From positions 64,001 to 128,000 of the forward strand of contig CAVVMW010000008.1 of NCBI GenBank assembly GCA_963749495.1: 64,000 nt of DNA. Reading direction: 5' to 3'. Position 1 is the stretch's first letter. Each line of letters starts with the position of its first letter. The position numbers and the translations under genes are program-made. This document shows positions 30,675 to 42,414 of this stretch, piece after piece. The notes beneath the pieces were generated by a model, which worked only from the letters and a program-made list of their open reading frames with translations, searched no databases and was not told the DNA's origin. This stretch comes from an uncultured bacterium (GTDB lineage: Bacteria > Verrucomicrobiota > Verrucomicrobiia > Limisphaerales > UBA8199).

Positions 30675-31941
30675 CGACGGCGCCCTCGGCGCCGGGATTG
30701 CTGGATTGCTGGCTAGGTGGATTGGTAGCCGCTACAGCCTTATCCTCGGCCCAAATTGCTTTGATGGTCTCTTCCTGGTTGAAGCCCTCCGGCGTGGCTG
30801 CACTGCGGGTGTTGGCCCAATACCACGACCGGTTGCCGACCGGCGCGTGCAGGGTGCGGCTGCCCGGCATCTCGAGCCAGCCGTTGGGGTCGTGCTCGCG
30901 CAACCACTTCCAGGCATAGCGCAGCCATTCGTTCCGATAGGATTCCGGCTGGTGCGCAAACCAACTGATCTCGTCATAGCCCCAGGTGAACCAGGGCGTG
31001 CCCGGTCGCCCTGGCCGCCGGCTGACGCCGTAGTTGTCCAACTCGACCAGGTAGGGCAGGTGTTCGCAGGACCAACCGCTCGGAGCCAGCTCGCCCTTGC
31101 TGCGAGCGTAGATGGTGTCCATGTAGCCGACCTTGAGCATGCCCTCCTGGGGTTTGTCCGGCACCTCAGCGATGCGTAGCGGGAAGGAGTGGAAATCCAG
31201 GAGCAGTCGGCCGTTATGCGCGATCCCGCCGCTGGGCACGTGGGCATCACAGAGAATGAAATGACGCCGGGCGTGCTGCGCGGCGTAAGCCCGCACGCGG
31301 GCCAGCAGGTCGCCCCAGTGCATGTGGTCCTTGTCCCGCTCGTCCATGATTTCCACCTGGCCGAAGTGGATGGCCTCGACCCCCACATCAATGTAGGAGG
31401 CGGCCAGAAACAGGAACCACATCCGGGTCTCGAGCTGGCTCATGTCGGGCACCGACGCCCCATTGCCCCACTGGTCCTTGCGCTTTCCGTCCGGGTAGAG
31501 CATGCCCGCATAGCGAAAGGTCCGTTGTTCGACCGGCAGGCCGAATTCGCGGAAGAGCCACTCGGGCGCAGGCAGCTTGCCGACGCTCGGAGTGACGATT
31601 TCAAAACAGGCGGCCTGGAGGATCAGGTCCGGGTCCGCCGCGTGCGCCTGGCGGGCAATGGGTTTGGCGGTCTCGAGCAGCGCCGGCAGAGCGTCCTCGC
31701 CGCCCCAGCGGTAAATGGCCCGCCCGACGAACTTGGCCCCGGTGTTGGTCAGGAACCGGAGGTTGTCCGTCACGCTACCTTTGCCGTGGAGGAAGTCGGT
31801 GAACGTGACGGCGCGAGAGAGATAATTGTCCAAGACCTCGCGAGACATCTTGCCGTCGAATCGGTAATCGCGTTCCGCTGCTCCCGAGGTCAAGGCAAGC
31901 ACGAGCGCCAAGCCCGACAAAGTAGCTCTTGTCATACGCAT
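30622..31941 (-). CDS. Secreted hypothetical protein (possible TIM-barrel glycosidase); C-terminus runs into the IS
   Basis: Signal peptide MRMTRATLSGLALVLALTSGAA; Trp/Tyr-rich globular body; stop lies inside the IS end. Confidence 0.7.
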   Translation of the reverse strand: MRMTRATLSGLALVLALTSGAAERDYRFDGKMSREVLDNYLSRAVTFTDFLHGKGSVTDNLRFLTNTGAKFVGRAIYRWGGEDALPALLETAKPIARQAHAADPDLILQAACFEIVTPSVGKLPAPEWLFREFGLPVEQRTFRYAGMLYPDGKRKDQWGNGASVPDMSQLETRMWFLFLAASYIDVGVEAIHFGQVEIMDERDKDHMHWGDLLARVRAYAAQHARRHFILCDAHVPSGGIAHNGRLLLDFHSFPLRIAEVPDKPQEGMLKVGYMDTIYARSKGELAPSGWSCEHLPYLVELDNYGVSRRPGRPGTPWFTWGYDEISWFAHQPESYRNEWLRYAWKWLREHDPNGWLEMPGSRTLHAPVGNRSWYWANTRSAATPEGFNQEETIKAIWAEDKAVAATNPPSQQSSNPGAEGAVGHGFGGSLRKLLLINWI

Positions 31942-31993
31942 GGCGGGGAGCATGGCACGCGCGTCCGCTTGCCGGCGAGCGGGAAAAACCAGC

Positions 31994-34045
31994 TCATTCA
32001 ACGACGAATGACCGACTATCCCGGAATCGCTCCATGCCGCCTTTCGTGGAAACCAAATCAAGGCGAAGCTCGCCGGCTGACGGCGGCGTGAAGGTGATTT
32101 CCACTGTGGTGTGATCGCCCAGTGGAATATTCAGGGCACGTTTCTCGCCTCCAACGGGCTTGCCCTCCAGTACAACCTGCCAACGCAATTCCACCTCCTC
32201 GCCGACGAACGCGTCGTTATATACGAGGAGCGTGCGTGTGACGGGCAGGCCCGCCTTGAGCTTGGGCGGCTTCGGGAAAGGCCCCAGCGCATCGTAGTCT
32301 TTGTCGAAAACCGCAATGGGAGCGAAGGATTTTACCAGGATGTCGTAGGCCTCCCGGCAGTCCGGCCTGACGCCTTCTTTGCGGAGGAAGCCCGAATAGG
32401 AGGGATTGTAGGGGCGGATGTCAAACCAGTCCGCCAGACGATAGCCGCGCGCCTGGAGGCCCATGCTATAGATGACCTCCCGCTCGCGCTGACGCAGACC
32501 CGGTTCATAGGGGAACAGAAACTCGCCGCAACCAAGCGGCACGTCCTGAAGATAGGCTGTGGCCCAGTAGATGTCGTTGCGTAGGTCCTTGGCATAGCCG
32601 GAGGAATGGCCGCCGCGGTCCTCCAGATCTTCAAGGGTTTTGACGTAGTGCTTCTCGCTGGCCGGCGAGGCACCATAGGCGGTGCCGTCGCCGTCGAAAA
32701 TGACGGGTCGGCTGCCGTCGGCGGCATCAATGGTCCGGCGGAACTCGGCCAGCATGGCAGGCGTGAGGGCGTTTACGTTAAGGCCCTCATTTTCGGCGGA
32801 CCACAGGATGACCGAAGGATGATTGCGGTCCCGGCGCACCCAGTGGGTGAGGTGCTCGCGGCAGTGTTCCATCCAGTCCGGGTGCTCGGGCATGAGCATC
32901 TGCCAACTGGCATAAATGGCGCTTTCGTCAATGACCAGCATGCCGAGTTCGTCGCAAACCTCCAGGACGTGCGGCGGGGCCGGCATCGAGTGGAACCGCA
33001 GCACATTGCAGTTGGCTGCCTCGTAGCGGCGGATCATGTCGGTGGCCGTCTCACGGGTTGCGAACAACTCGGCCTTTTCGGCGTAGGCGGGGCTTTCGCC
33101 GCGCAAGTTGCAGCGAATGCCGTTGAGATAGAAGTGGATGCCTTCGAACCAGGTTTCCCGGAAACCAAAGCGGGTGGATTTCTCGTGCAGTACGGTCCCG
33201 CTTATGCTGTCAGCCAGCATCGTCTGGAGGGTGTACAATGCCGGATGATCCGGCTGCCAGAGTTCGACGCCTTCGAAAGGGGCCGCGAGCGTAACGGTGG
33301 TGGGGATAAACCCAGGCAGATCAATATTGGTGGCCGGCAACGTGACCACAACGGCGCCATTCGCGGCGGTGACTTGCGGGGAAAGCCGGGCGTGGACCGT
33401 CTCCTTGCGGCCATTGAAGAACTCCCAAGTGACGTTCATCTCCTTCTGCCGAAGAGAAGTCCGAATGCGGGCATCGGCGACGTTGACCACCGGCCGAGCC
33501 AGCAGCGTCACGGACTGGTAGAGCCCCTTGCGGTTGTTGGCTCCCATGCCGCGCGGGAGCCAGGATTTGCGATTATGACGGTCACGACTCTCACTGTGAA
33601 CGCTGAAGTGGGTATCGTCCCGCACGAAAACGGCGAGTTGGTTCGTGGTCGAGGGCACGGTCACCAGGTCGGTGATGTCCACCTCGAAGGGCAGGCACGG
33701 GCCCACGTGGCCGCCCGCGTGCTGGCCATTGACCGAAACCTCGGCGGCATCGCCCACGGCCTCAAACCGCAGGAGCACCCGCCGGCCGGCAAAGGAGTCG
33801 GGCACCTCAAACTCCCGCCGATAGGTTGCTTCGTGAATATTGGCCAGGCCGGATGAGCGCTCCCAGAAGCCCGGCACAACGAGGTTGCGCTCCTCGGCGC
33901 CGACGGGTTGGATGCGCCACGTGCCATTAAGCGACAGGCTGGTTTCTTGCGGATTTGAGCTCGCCGCCGCCTTGAGCGACGCAGGATACGCAACCGACAG
34001 AACGGCAAGCAAGGCGACGGTGGAGAAAATGCTCGGCATCTTCAT
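31994..34045 (-). CDS. Glycoside hydrolase family 2 protein
   Basis: Signal peptide, SLNGTW, LRFEAV, WQPDHPALY, RFGFRE, CDELGMLVIDE, RDRNHPSVILWSAENE. Confidence 0.9.
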   Translation of the reverse strand: MKMPSIFSTVALLAVLSVAYPASLKAAASSNPQETSLSLNGTWRIQPVGAEERNLVVPGFWERSSGLANIHEATYRREFEVPDSFAGRRVLLRFEAVGDAAEVSVNGQHAGGHVGPCLPFEVDITDLVTVPSTTNQLAVFVRDDTHFSVHSESRDRHNRKSWLPRGMGANNRKGLYQSVTLLARPVVNVADARIRTSLRQKEMNVTWEFFNGRKETVHARLSPQVTAANGAVVVTLPATNIDLPGFIPTTVTLAAPFEGVELWQPDHPALYTLQTMLADSISGTVLHEKSTRFGFRETWFEGIHFYLNGIRCNLRGESPAYAEKAELFATRETATDMIRRYEAANCNVLRFHSMPAPPHVLEVCDELGMLVIDESAIYASWQMLMPEHPDWMEHCREHLTHWVRRDRNHPSVILWSAENEGLNVNALTPAMLAEFRRTIDAADGSRPVIFDGDGTAYGASPASEKHYVKTLEDLEDRGGHSSGYAKDLRNDIYWATAYLQDVPLGCGEFLFPYEPGLRQREREVIYSMGLQARGYRLADWFDIRPYNPSYSGFLRKEGVRPDCREAYDILVKSFAPIAVFDKDYDALGPFPKPPKLKAGLPVTRTLLVYNDAFVGEEVELRWQVVLEGKPVGGEKRALNIPLGDHTTVEITFTPPSAGELRLDLVSTKGGMERFRDSRSFVVE

Positions 34046-36113
34046 CTTAAATCGGGAGAAGGGCTTCGTCCCGGATTGCTTGCCGGGGCTGCCGAGGTGG
34101 CAGCGTTGCGGAACTGGCGAATGATCTCCCGCTTGCCATCCTTTCCCTGCACTTCGAGCATGATCCTGCCTTCCACGGAAGGCGGAACTTGCGCCAGGAA
34201 CAGCCCATCTGCTGCGACCGGGACGGATTCGCCGTTGGCCGTGAGGACCGTCCCGGACTCCGCCCAGCCGTGCAGGTCCACCGCGCAGCCCCGGGCAACG
34301 GGTGAATGTTCGATCGGGGTGGTTTGGAGCAGCACACGCGGGGATTCGTCCAGGGCGAGTGTCTCCTCAATTGCCTGGCGGCGAGCCTGATAAAGCGCCT
34401 GGGGATCCTGCGTATGCTGGTAATAATTGGCCACAACCTGGGAGGCGATCTCAACCCCGCGCTGGCGCGGATCAATGAACGCCGCGGCACGTGCCGGGAG
34501 GGAGGCCCGAAATTGGGCGGTCTTGTTTTCGAGCAGCCAAAGGCACTCGTAATCCTGGAGGCCATTGCGCATCTGCTCCCAACGCAGCGAATCGAGCAGA
34601 CCGCCCGGCTTGGGATACACGTGCCAGCCGTCGCCGCGATGTTCGCCCGGCTGGTTAATGGGGTCGTCGGTCCACTCGTTAAAGCCCCAGTGCAGGTAAC
34701 CTCGGAGATTGTAACGGTAGTTGAGCCAGTGCATCAACCGGGTTTCGATCAGGGGCACGTCAACGGTCTTGTTGAGCAGGGAGCCCTCCTGGAAGATGCC
34801 TACCGTGTAAAACCAGAGCTCGTTGCCCTGGCGCTGCGCGTCCTCGTAAGCCTCGTGCCAGGTGGCCAGGTGGTCGAGTTTCGGCACCCAGACTTCCAGC
34901 GCCCCCAGGCAATGGGGCGTTTCAATGGCATCCATCCGGCGCAACTCCGGGGCCAGGCCGTGGAGGAACTCGGAAGCGGCGCGAAAGGCCATGACATTGT
35001 GATCCGAAGGCTCGTCGCAGATGTGGAACAGGGTCTTTCCGAACCAATTCCTGGCGCGCAGGTGCCCGACGAGAGCCGGCAGGAATTGTGGCAGAAACTC
35101 CTTGCCGGGCACGGAAGCGCGCCGTCCATTTGCCTCTTTCACGGGAAAATCATCGAGGAGGATCTCGGGCCCGACCAGCCGCCCTGGCCGAAACGGGCGA
35201 TGAACCCGGTTTCAAGGGCGTCCATGCGCCCGATGTCCCAGAACACCTGCGCCAGCCTGTCGAAGCGGGAGAAATCAAATTCGAGTTTGCCGTCCGCCGC
35301 CCGACGGGACTCGATGGCGTCGAGTCCCACGCGAAAGACACTCTGCCGGTGCTCGGCCATGTTCCGGGCATAGACCTCGAGCATCCGCGAAAAGCACTCC
35401 GGGTCGGACGCATCCACTTGATGATGCTTCTTGAACCGCGAGGTCGAGAACCACTCCGTGACCAGCAGGTGTCGGTCGGTTGGGAGGGTGAGGGGATGGA
35501 CTCGGAGGGTCAGGGGCAAGGTCGTGCGGGTACTGCCGGCGCTTGCGGTCAAAAGGGCCTGGTAATCACCTGGCATGGCCTCCGACGGGATCCGGATCGT
35601 GATATAAACGGCCTTGCGCATGCCCTTCTTCAGGGAGCACGTGCGCTCGTCAGTGAGGACATCCGGGAACCACGCCGGAGCCGGACGCAAGAGTGTCTCT
35701 GGCTGGCGGTTGGGGGAGTTCTTCTCGATGAGGATGCCACCCACGAAATTCCAGGACAGGTTCTCTTGAGGGATGGCGCCCGGGTCGTGCGCTCGCTCAA
35801 GCGGCCCCACGGAAAACGCAAGGCCCTGCACGTCCTCGTGCGCGAGCAGCATGCATTGGCCTGAGATGGTCTCATTACGCAGTCCGAAGAGCTGGAGGCT
35901 GCCGGCTCGCGGCCCCAATAGTCCATAGCCGTCTTCGAAGACGCGCTCCAAGTCGCTCGCGGGAAAGCACTCGAATGCAGGCTGGGCGACCTGGGCCGCC
36001 TGCGAGCAATTCACGCTCAAACTCCATCCCAATACAACCGGCAGCCATCCGGGAGGAGTGAGGAGGCTCCCTGACCGCTGCCTTTTCACCGGGCTTCGCT
36101 CAGACTTATGCAT
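34042..36113 (-). CDS. DUF4091/GH123-like putative glycoside hydrolase (frameshift ~35170)
   Basis: LRNETISGQ, FDFSRFDR, HICDEP, LWFYT, GYLHWGFN, GDGW.VYP, SLRWEQMRNGLQDYE. Confidence 0.75.
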
Positions 36114-36151
36114 AGGCTCCGAGTCTTCTCCAAGGCGTTCTCCACCGTCAA

Positions 36152-39100
36152 TCATTCATCGGTGACGAGCTTCAGTTCGCGGATGCTGGCCCAGGCCCCT
36201 TCCGGCAAGCCGGTGATCCGCACCCGGAGATGCCGGAGGCCCTTGGCCTCAAAGGAGAGTTCGTGGCGCCCTTGAAAACGGTTTTCCCGCTGATCGCTCA
36301 ACACGCGCCAATCGGATTCACCCGGCGCCCCCTCCACCACGTAGCGATAACCTTCACGGTCGAACTCCCACTGCAACTGGCAGCCATGCACGTCCTCAGG
36401 GGCCGCAAGGTCCACTTGGAGCCATTGATCCGTGCTGTTGGTGGCGGCGCACCAGCGAGTGCCTTCATCCCCATCAATCGCCTTGTCCGGCGAGTTGCCA
36501 GATTGGCTCGATGAAGCCCGGGCAATGCCGTTCACCGGACGTGCAGCCGCCAGCAGCCGCGTTGCCTCGTCCGGCGCGATCTCCGCGTCCGGGTGAAAGG
36601 CGGGCGAAGCCGCGTAGGCGGACAGGCTGGCGAGCAGTTGCCGGGCAGCGGGATCCTCCAGCCCGGACAGGTCACTCGCGCAGACCAACAGCCAGCCCGT
36701 GCCCACTTTTGCCTCGAACACGAGGGCCAGCTTGTGGACTCGATCCAGGTTGTCCACCACTTGCACGATGGGACGAATGCCGCGGGCCGCGCCGTCGAGG
36801 ATGACGGGACGGCTGTTCGTCGCGATGTGGAACCATTGCCAGTCGCTGTGAAAATCCGTGGGAAACGCCGCCAGCGCCGGATGCTTTGGGTCGCACAGCA
36901 GGCCCATGGTGCCGGGGGCGTTCTTGAACATGGGCCAGCACCAAAAGTCGGTTGCGAATCCGCCCGCCACGCTCCGGGAAAACGGCCGTCGCGTTTCCGG
37001 AAAGAGCAGCAGGCGCCGGCCCTGGGCCAGCAGGGCGCGCTCCGGCGCCCCCAGCTCTCGAACCACCGTGACTCCCTCCGCCGCGGCAGCGATTGCCGGC
37101 CGCGCGGGATAAACCCACAGCGGATAATGGGTCTCCACCTCAGTGCCCTTCAGCGAAAGCCGGAGGTCCAACCTGGCCGGGCAAGAGACCTCTGCCAACG
37201 AAGCTGAAAAGTTGCCTGCTGGGTGGATCCCGGGCGCGGGGACAGCGGCTGGCGCCAATTCTCCCCCGGCAGCGCGGCCGCCCCGACCGTCGCGCAGCGA
37301 CCACTCCACTTGGACTTGGTTGAGTGGCGCGTCGCTGTAATCTGCCAGGTCCACCTCGGCGGCGAAGGTCTCGGCGGTGGTCCAGGCATATTTCGAAAAG
37401 CGAGCCAGCAGCACCCTCGCCGAACAGAACTGCCGCCATTCACGGGCGCTCACCATACCCTTGTTTTCCATGAACGCGTCGAGCATGCCCACCAGGGCCG
37501 TACCCTGGCCCGGGAAATCCTGCAGGTCCAGGAGCTGGAAACCGCCGAAGCCCGGGGTGCGGAGTGCCGCTTCAATATCCTCACGATAGCAAATGGCGGC
37601 TAGCTTGCCGGAGGCGCGGAAGAAATCGTCCGCCTGGTCGAGCATGCCCGCGCCAGCCAACCGGTCGCGCCAATGCTCCAAGTTCCGGGCGCGGAAGACA
37701 CCAGTGTACTTGGGGGTTTCGTGGAAGTCCGGGTAAACGGTGTACTGCGCGATCTCGTGTCCGATCACCGGGATGGGCAGTCCGGCGATGCCGTGCCCGT
37801 AGGTGTGAAGGGTGTTCGGTGGCCCCACCTGGACGTGACCGTTGCCGCCGTCCACGGTGGCGAAGGAGCCGCGGACGTTGTGGATAGGCCCGCCCTTCTG
37901 CGTGCGCGTGCGAACCGTGGTCCAGTAGTCATCACCCTCGGCCACCTGGGGGTCCCAGAAATAGTTGTTTGAGCCTTCGGCGTAGCGAGGGCGAGGGTCT
38001 TTGTGGCGCAAGTCGCGGACCATGCCGCCCATCACCTCGCGCGAACCACCGCACTCGTTGCCCAGTGACATCATGACAAAGGACGGGTGGTTGCCATACA
38101 CCTGGAGGATGCGTTCAGCTTCCGGCATCAAGGCGTTCCGTGCCGCCGCGTCGTAGGCGCCCCAGAAAGGCAACTCCGGCTGGAGATAAATGCCCAGCTC
38201 ATCCGCCGCTGCGAATGCAGCCTCTGGGGGTGTCCACGTATGAAAGCGGACATGATTGATGCCGTACTCGCGGCAGGTGCGGAAGTGCTTCAGCCAGCCA
38301 TCCGTGTCCATCGGCGGATGGCCGGTGAGGGGAAACACGCAACCGTCATGCTTGCCCCGCAGGAAGGTGGCGCGCCCATTAATGGTAAACCGGGAGTTTT
38401 CGCTCTTGAACTCGCGCAAGCCGAAAACGACTTCGCGCGTGTCGTGGGCCGTCTCATTCTCGAGGCGGGCGGACAGCCGATAGAGCACCGGATGAAACTC
38501 ATCCCATAGGCGGGCGCCCTCTCCGAGAGGGACCTCCAGCGTGGTCACGCCACCAGTGGTCCCCCAGTTGGCCAGGGCCGGCGGAAGCTTCACGGAGACA
38601 CCGTTGCCTTCCACAGACAGGAGGAGTTTGCCTTCGCCGGGTTTACCGGAAGTGTTTCCCAAAATGACCTCTGCGCCGATGGCTCGCCTGACCACGTTTG
38701 GAAATACCCGCACCTGGGACAGGAACACCGCGTCATGGACCTGGAGTTCGATCCGGCCGATGATGCCGTTCCAATTCCCTTGCGTGTTGTCGGACATCTG
38801 GTGCATCTCGACGTTCACCGGCTTGCGGGTGTTATCCACCGCGATGGTGAGGCGATGCAATCCCGGCTCGACCTGGCCCAGGTCGTACTCCTGCGGTGTG
38901 CAGAGGATGGGGTTCTCGCCGCAAGGCTTTCCATCCAGCCATACCTGCGTGTGTTTGGTCCGCTCGAGGAACAGGGTTAGGCGCCGCCCACGCCAGGGCT
39001 CCGGGATGATCAGCTCTCGCTCGTACCACGCGGTGCCGTTGAAGCGGTACAACCGTGTCAGGCCCTGCACCCAATGGTTCGGGGTTTTCCGGTCCTTTGT

Positions 39101-39425
39101 GCCGGGTCTCCGTGGTGCCGGGAAGCTCGATGACATCGCCAAACTCGACCTTCGGCAGTGGCCCCTGCTTGACGCCAAGGGCAGGCGCGCCCAGGGCAAA
39201 GCGCCAGTCGCCGGCCAGTGACAACATCGAGTCAGCCGCTGATGCAACCCGGCCGCCGAAGGCCAGTTCAACGATTACCAAGGCGAGCCACGCCACTGTG
39301 CTCCGGCACCACCGGCTACCAGAGCGAGGGGAGTCAGGTTGGGCGGCTTTTGCGCGAAAGAGGGCTTTCGCAGCGACCAGCGCGCTGACGGCTGGCAATC
39401 CGATGACTTCGCAGAGAAGTTTCAC
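36152..39425 (-). CDS. GH2-family glycoside hydrolase with C-terminal F5/8 type C (CBM32-like) domain (frameshift ~39085)
   Basis: LSLAGDWRF, LWDEFHPVLY, FGLREF, GINHVRFHTW, NHPSFVMMSLGNE, AIDGDEGTRW, WLQVDL; start uncertain. Confidence 0.85.
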
Positions 39426-39466
39426 TCGCCAATGCTGTAGTTGGCAGTCCTCGGGACCAAGACCGT

Positions 39467-42255
39467 TCAGAGGTCCAACCGCTCGGGAGGCTGCAGGGTG
39501 ATTCGCACGCGCACGGGAGACTCTAGCGACTCGCTTGAGCCGAACGTGGCGGAGTATTCCCCGGGCAGCAACGTGATGGTGGGGGCGATGGGGGCCCGGC
39601 TGGGGCTCTGCCCAGGGCTGTAGCAGGTGACGGGTTCACCGGGCCAGAAAAAGAGAAACTGGCCCTGGGTCAATTTGCCCTGCCAGCCGAGTCGTTGGCC
39701 AGCCAGTTCGATCCAGGGATCCACGATCTCCGCGCCGGCAGGTGCGTGGAATTGGACGCCGATGCGGGCCGAGCCGTCTTTGACGACGATGCGCCAGATA
39801 GCCGCGTTAGTTTGGGCGGGGTTGATTTCGTGCCAGGGCTCATAGATGACTCGTTGGAAATATGGCTTGCCGTGTTCTTCGAGCAGGCGATATTCCCGGC
39901 GCTTTTCCAACAGGGCAGGCTGCGCTTCGCCGGGCTTGATGGCAGTCAGGTCGGGATCGATGCGCAAGCGGGCTTTAATGGATTCGGGGACATGGCCCGA
40001 AAGGCGCAATTGCTCATAGCGGGCGACAAGATCGAGAATCTCGCCGGTGAAAGGATGGGCCGCGGCAGCTTTGCAGGAGACCTGGAAGGACATTGAGGAG
40101 TCGTAGCCCAGCGTCGCGGCCAGCACATACTCGAACATGTCGGGTGTCGCGGTGGGGTCGTAGCCGTAATACCAGCCGATATCCAGGGGCATCCAGTCGC
40201 GCGCAAACGAATTGAACCACCCCGAGCGATGATCCAGGTAACCTTTGAGGTCGCCGTGCCCGTCGGCGGAGGCGCTGCGGGCCAGCAGGTGCCAGGAGTA
40301 GTGACTGAAGCTGCTAGCCTGGAGGAGGATGTCTTTGTTGGCGAGCTTGTCATAGAACGCCTGGTGGAGGCGAGCATTGTAAAACCAGTGCTCGCCCTGC
40401 AAGCGCTCCGAGCCGTCAAAGTATATCATGTCAATGCCGCACGTATTGGCGACGCGGGCAAAATGGGTGGCGACTTCGTCGAGCAGCGAGGTGTCCATGT
40501 CGTACAGGTGATAGCCGTAGGCGCGGACGAGATGGCGGACGGTCTCGCCTTGAAGGTGCGGTGCGGCCCGTGTGCCGAGGTACCCACGAGTGCATCCGCG
40601 GAAGCCAAAGGGCGGATCGAGTGCCGGAGATTGGTACTGGATCAACTCCTCGCCGAGTTGGAGCACGGTCCCTTCGCCCTCGTAACCGCCGTCTTTGGCG
40701 GGAAAGTTGGTCGGCGCCGCCATCAGCGGCAGGAAATTAGTGATGGCGTCAATGCCGGTTACGAGCGTGGTAGCGGCGCCCTTGACCAGGGGCGGGTCCG
40801 GGACCGGGGTGAGGTAGGGGTCGGGCGGATAAATGGATGCGCCCAGGAAATGCAGCCCCACGCGGAAACCTGCGGTCTGGAAGCGGCCGATGGTCCGTTT
40901 CAAACCTTCCAACCCGTCCGGAAATCGGTCCCGGTCAATTTCGTAATGGCCGGTGCCATGGGACCAGGATTCCTGGCCCAGCAGGATCATGTGAAAGCCC
41001 CCGCGCCGCGCCAGGGCCAACCCTTGGTCAAATTGGGACTCGCGGAAGTCGGTGAGGAAGAGGTAGGAGCGTTTGACCCAGGGCGATTGCTTGTTCCAGA
41101 CGCCGCCGGGCTTGGGACTGGGCAGGTCCGCCACCGCCTCGAAACGGGCCATCGTGTCCAGAAAATCCGCCTCGCGACAGGCGATCACGCCGAAAGCTGC
41201 GGGTTCGAGACCGTGCGCATTTTCCGTTTCCACGCACAGATTTATGATCGGCGAAGACCAGAGCTGAGACGCGGCATCCTCAAAGTCCTCGAGCAGCACC
41301 ACCCGGCTTGAATCCCCGCGCTCGATCACGGCCTCAACATGGTCCACCAGGCAGGTCACGGTCGTGCTCGCCGGCAGGCCGTTGTAGTAGAAGTTCAGCG
41401 TGGTGACATGGTCGTAGCGCAGCGAGTCGATAGGGCAATTGGTCAAGGTCACCTGACGCCAGCCCTGGAAATCAATGGGCACGTAGTTATCCCGGTAACC
41501 GCCCTGGCCATCGTAAAGCTGGATTTTCAACGCTTCGCCCCGGCCGTCCCCGTGGACCCAGGCGCGGAGGGCGCGGCAGCCGGATAGGTCCAACGGGGCG
41601 ACGAAGTTGCGACCGCGTACGCTTCCACCCGCCGGCTTCCGCGTCGCACGTCGCGGTAAATCGGGCGGCGTGCGCACCCACCTTGCCGGGAGTGACCTGG
41701 ACAAACTCGTGACTGCCCCCGGCTCGGTCCGCGCGCTCGCCGCCGGCTTGTTCATGAAAAGCATGTACATTGGGTTTGTCGGCCATGACAGCGACAAAAT
41801 TACCGTCCACCGCCGCGCCATTGACGGTGCCGCAAATTCGGGCGTGAGGAGGGGCCGCAAGCTGGAACAAGCGGAAACGCGCGACTGGCTGTCGCGCCTC
41901 CAGTCGTACCAGGCGGAACACGGCAAACCCACGGCCGCGCACTACCTGGAACTCGGCGCGCGACCCGTTCAATAAAAGGCACCACCAGCGTATCGCCGGG
42001 AAGCTCGACAGACTCGGCCGTCTGCATGACCCCGTTGACTTCGAGAGCCATGGCTGGGCGATCAGATACCGGCCAGCGGGTGCCATCCGCAAATTCGAGG
42101 GCCAGGTTGGCTTTGGAATCCACCGAGAGCTTGGCGGTGGAAACGTTGATGGACACCTGTGCTCCGGCCACGGCATGTTCGGTGCCGCACATAACCGCGC
42201 CCACCACGAGCAGGGCACACGGGGCACGTCCGGAGAATAGGCGGCTGACTTTCAT
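39467..42255 (-). CDS. Large secreted hypothetical protein, probable glycoside hydrolase with inserted CBM-like domain (frameshifts ~41970, ~41625)
   Basis: Signal peptide; LDLSGCRALRAWVHGDG..LKIQL..IDFQGWR (CBM-like); DRFPDGLEGLK and IDMIYFDG (resembles clan GH-D barrels). Confidence 0.6.
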
Positions 42256-42414
42256 GCCCACAGCTTTTTCCAGAACCGATGGCAGGTCAATGCCGTTAGG
42301 AGGTGCTCACCTTCTTTGCCGACGCCCGGAACTTGCAGGCCTTGACGCCGAGGGGGCTGGATTTTTCTGTTGTGACGCCCGTCCCGACCGCGCTCATGGC
42401 TCCTTCGTCAAACG

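Noticed and set aside
29072..30919. 615-aa plus-strand ORF
   Set aside because: Antisense shadow of the ISAs1 transposase
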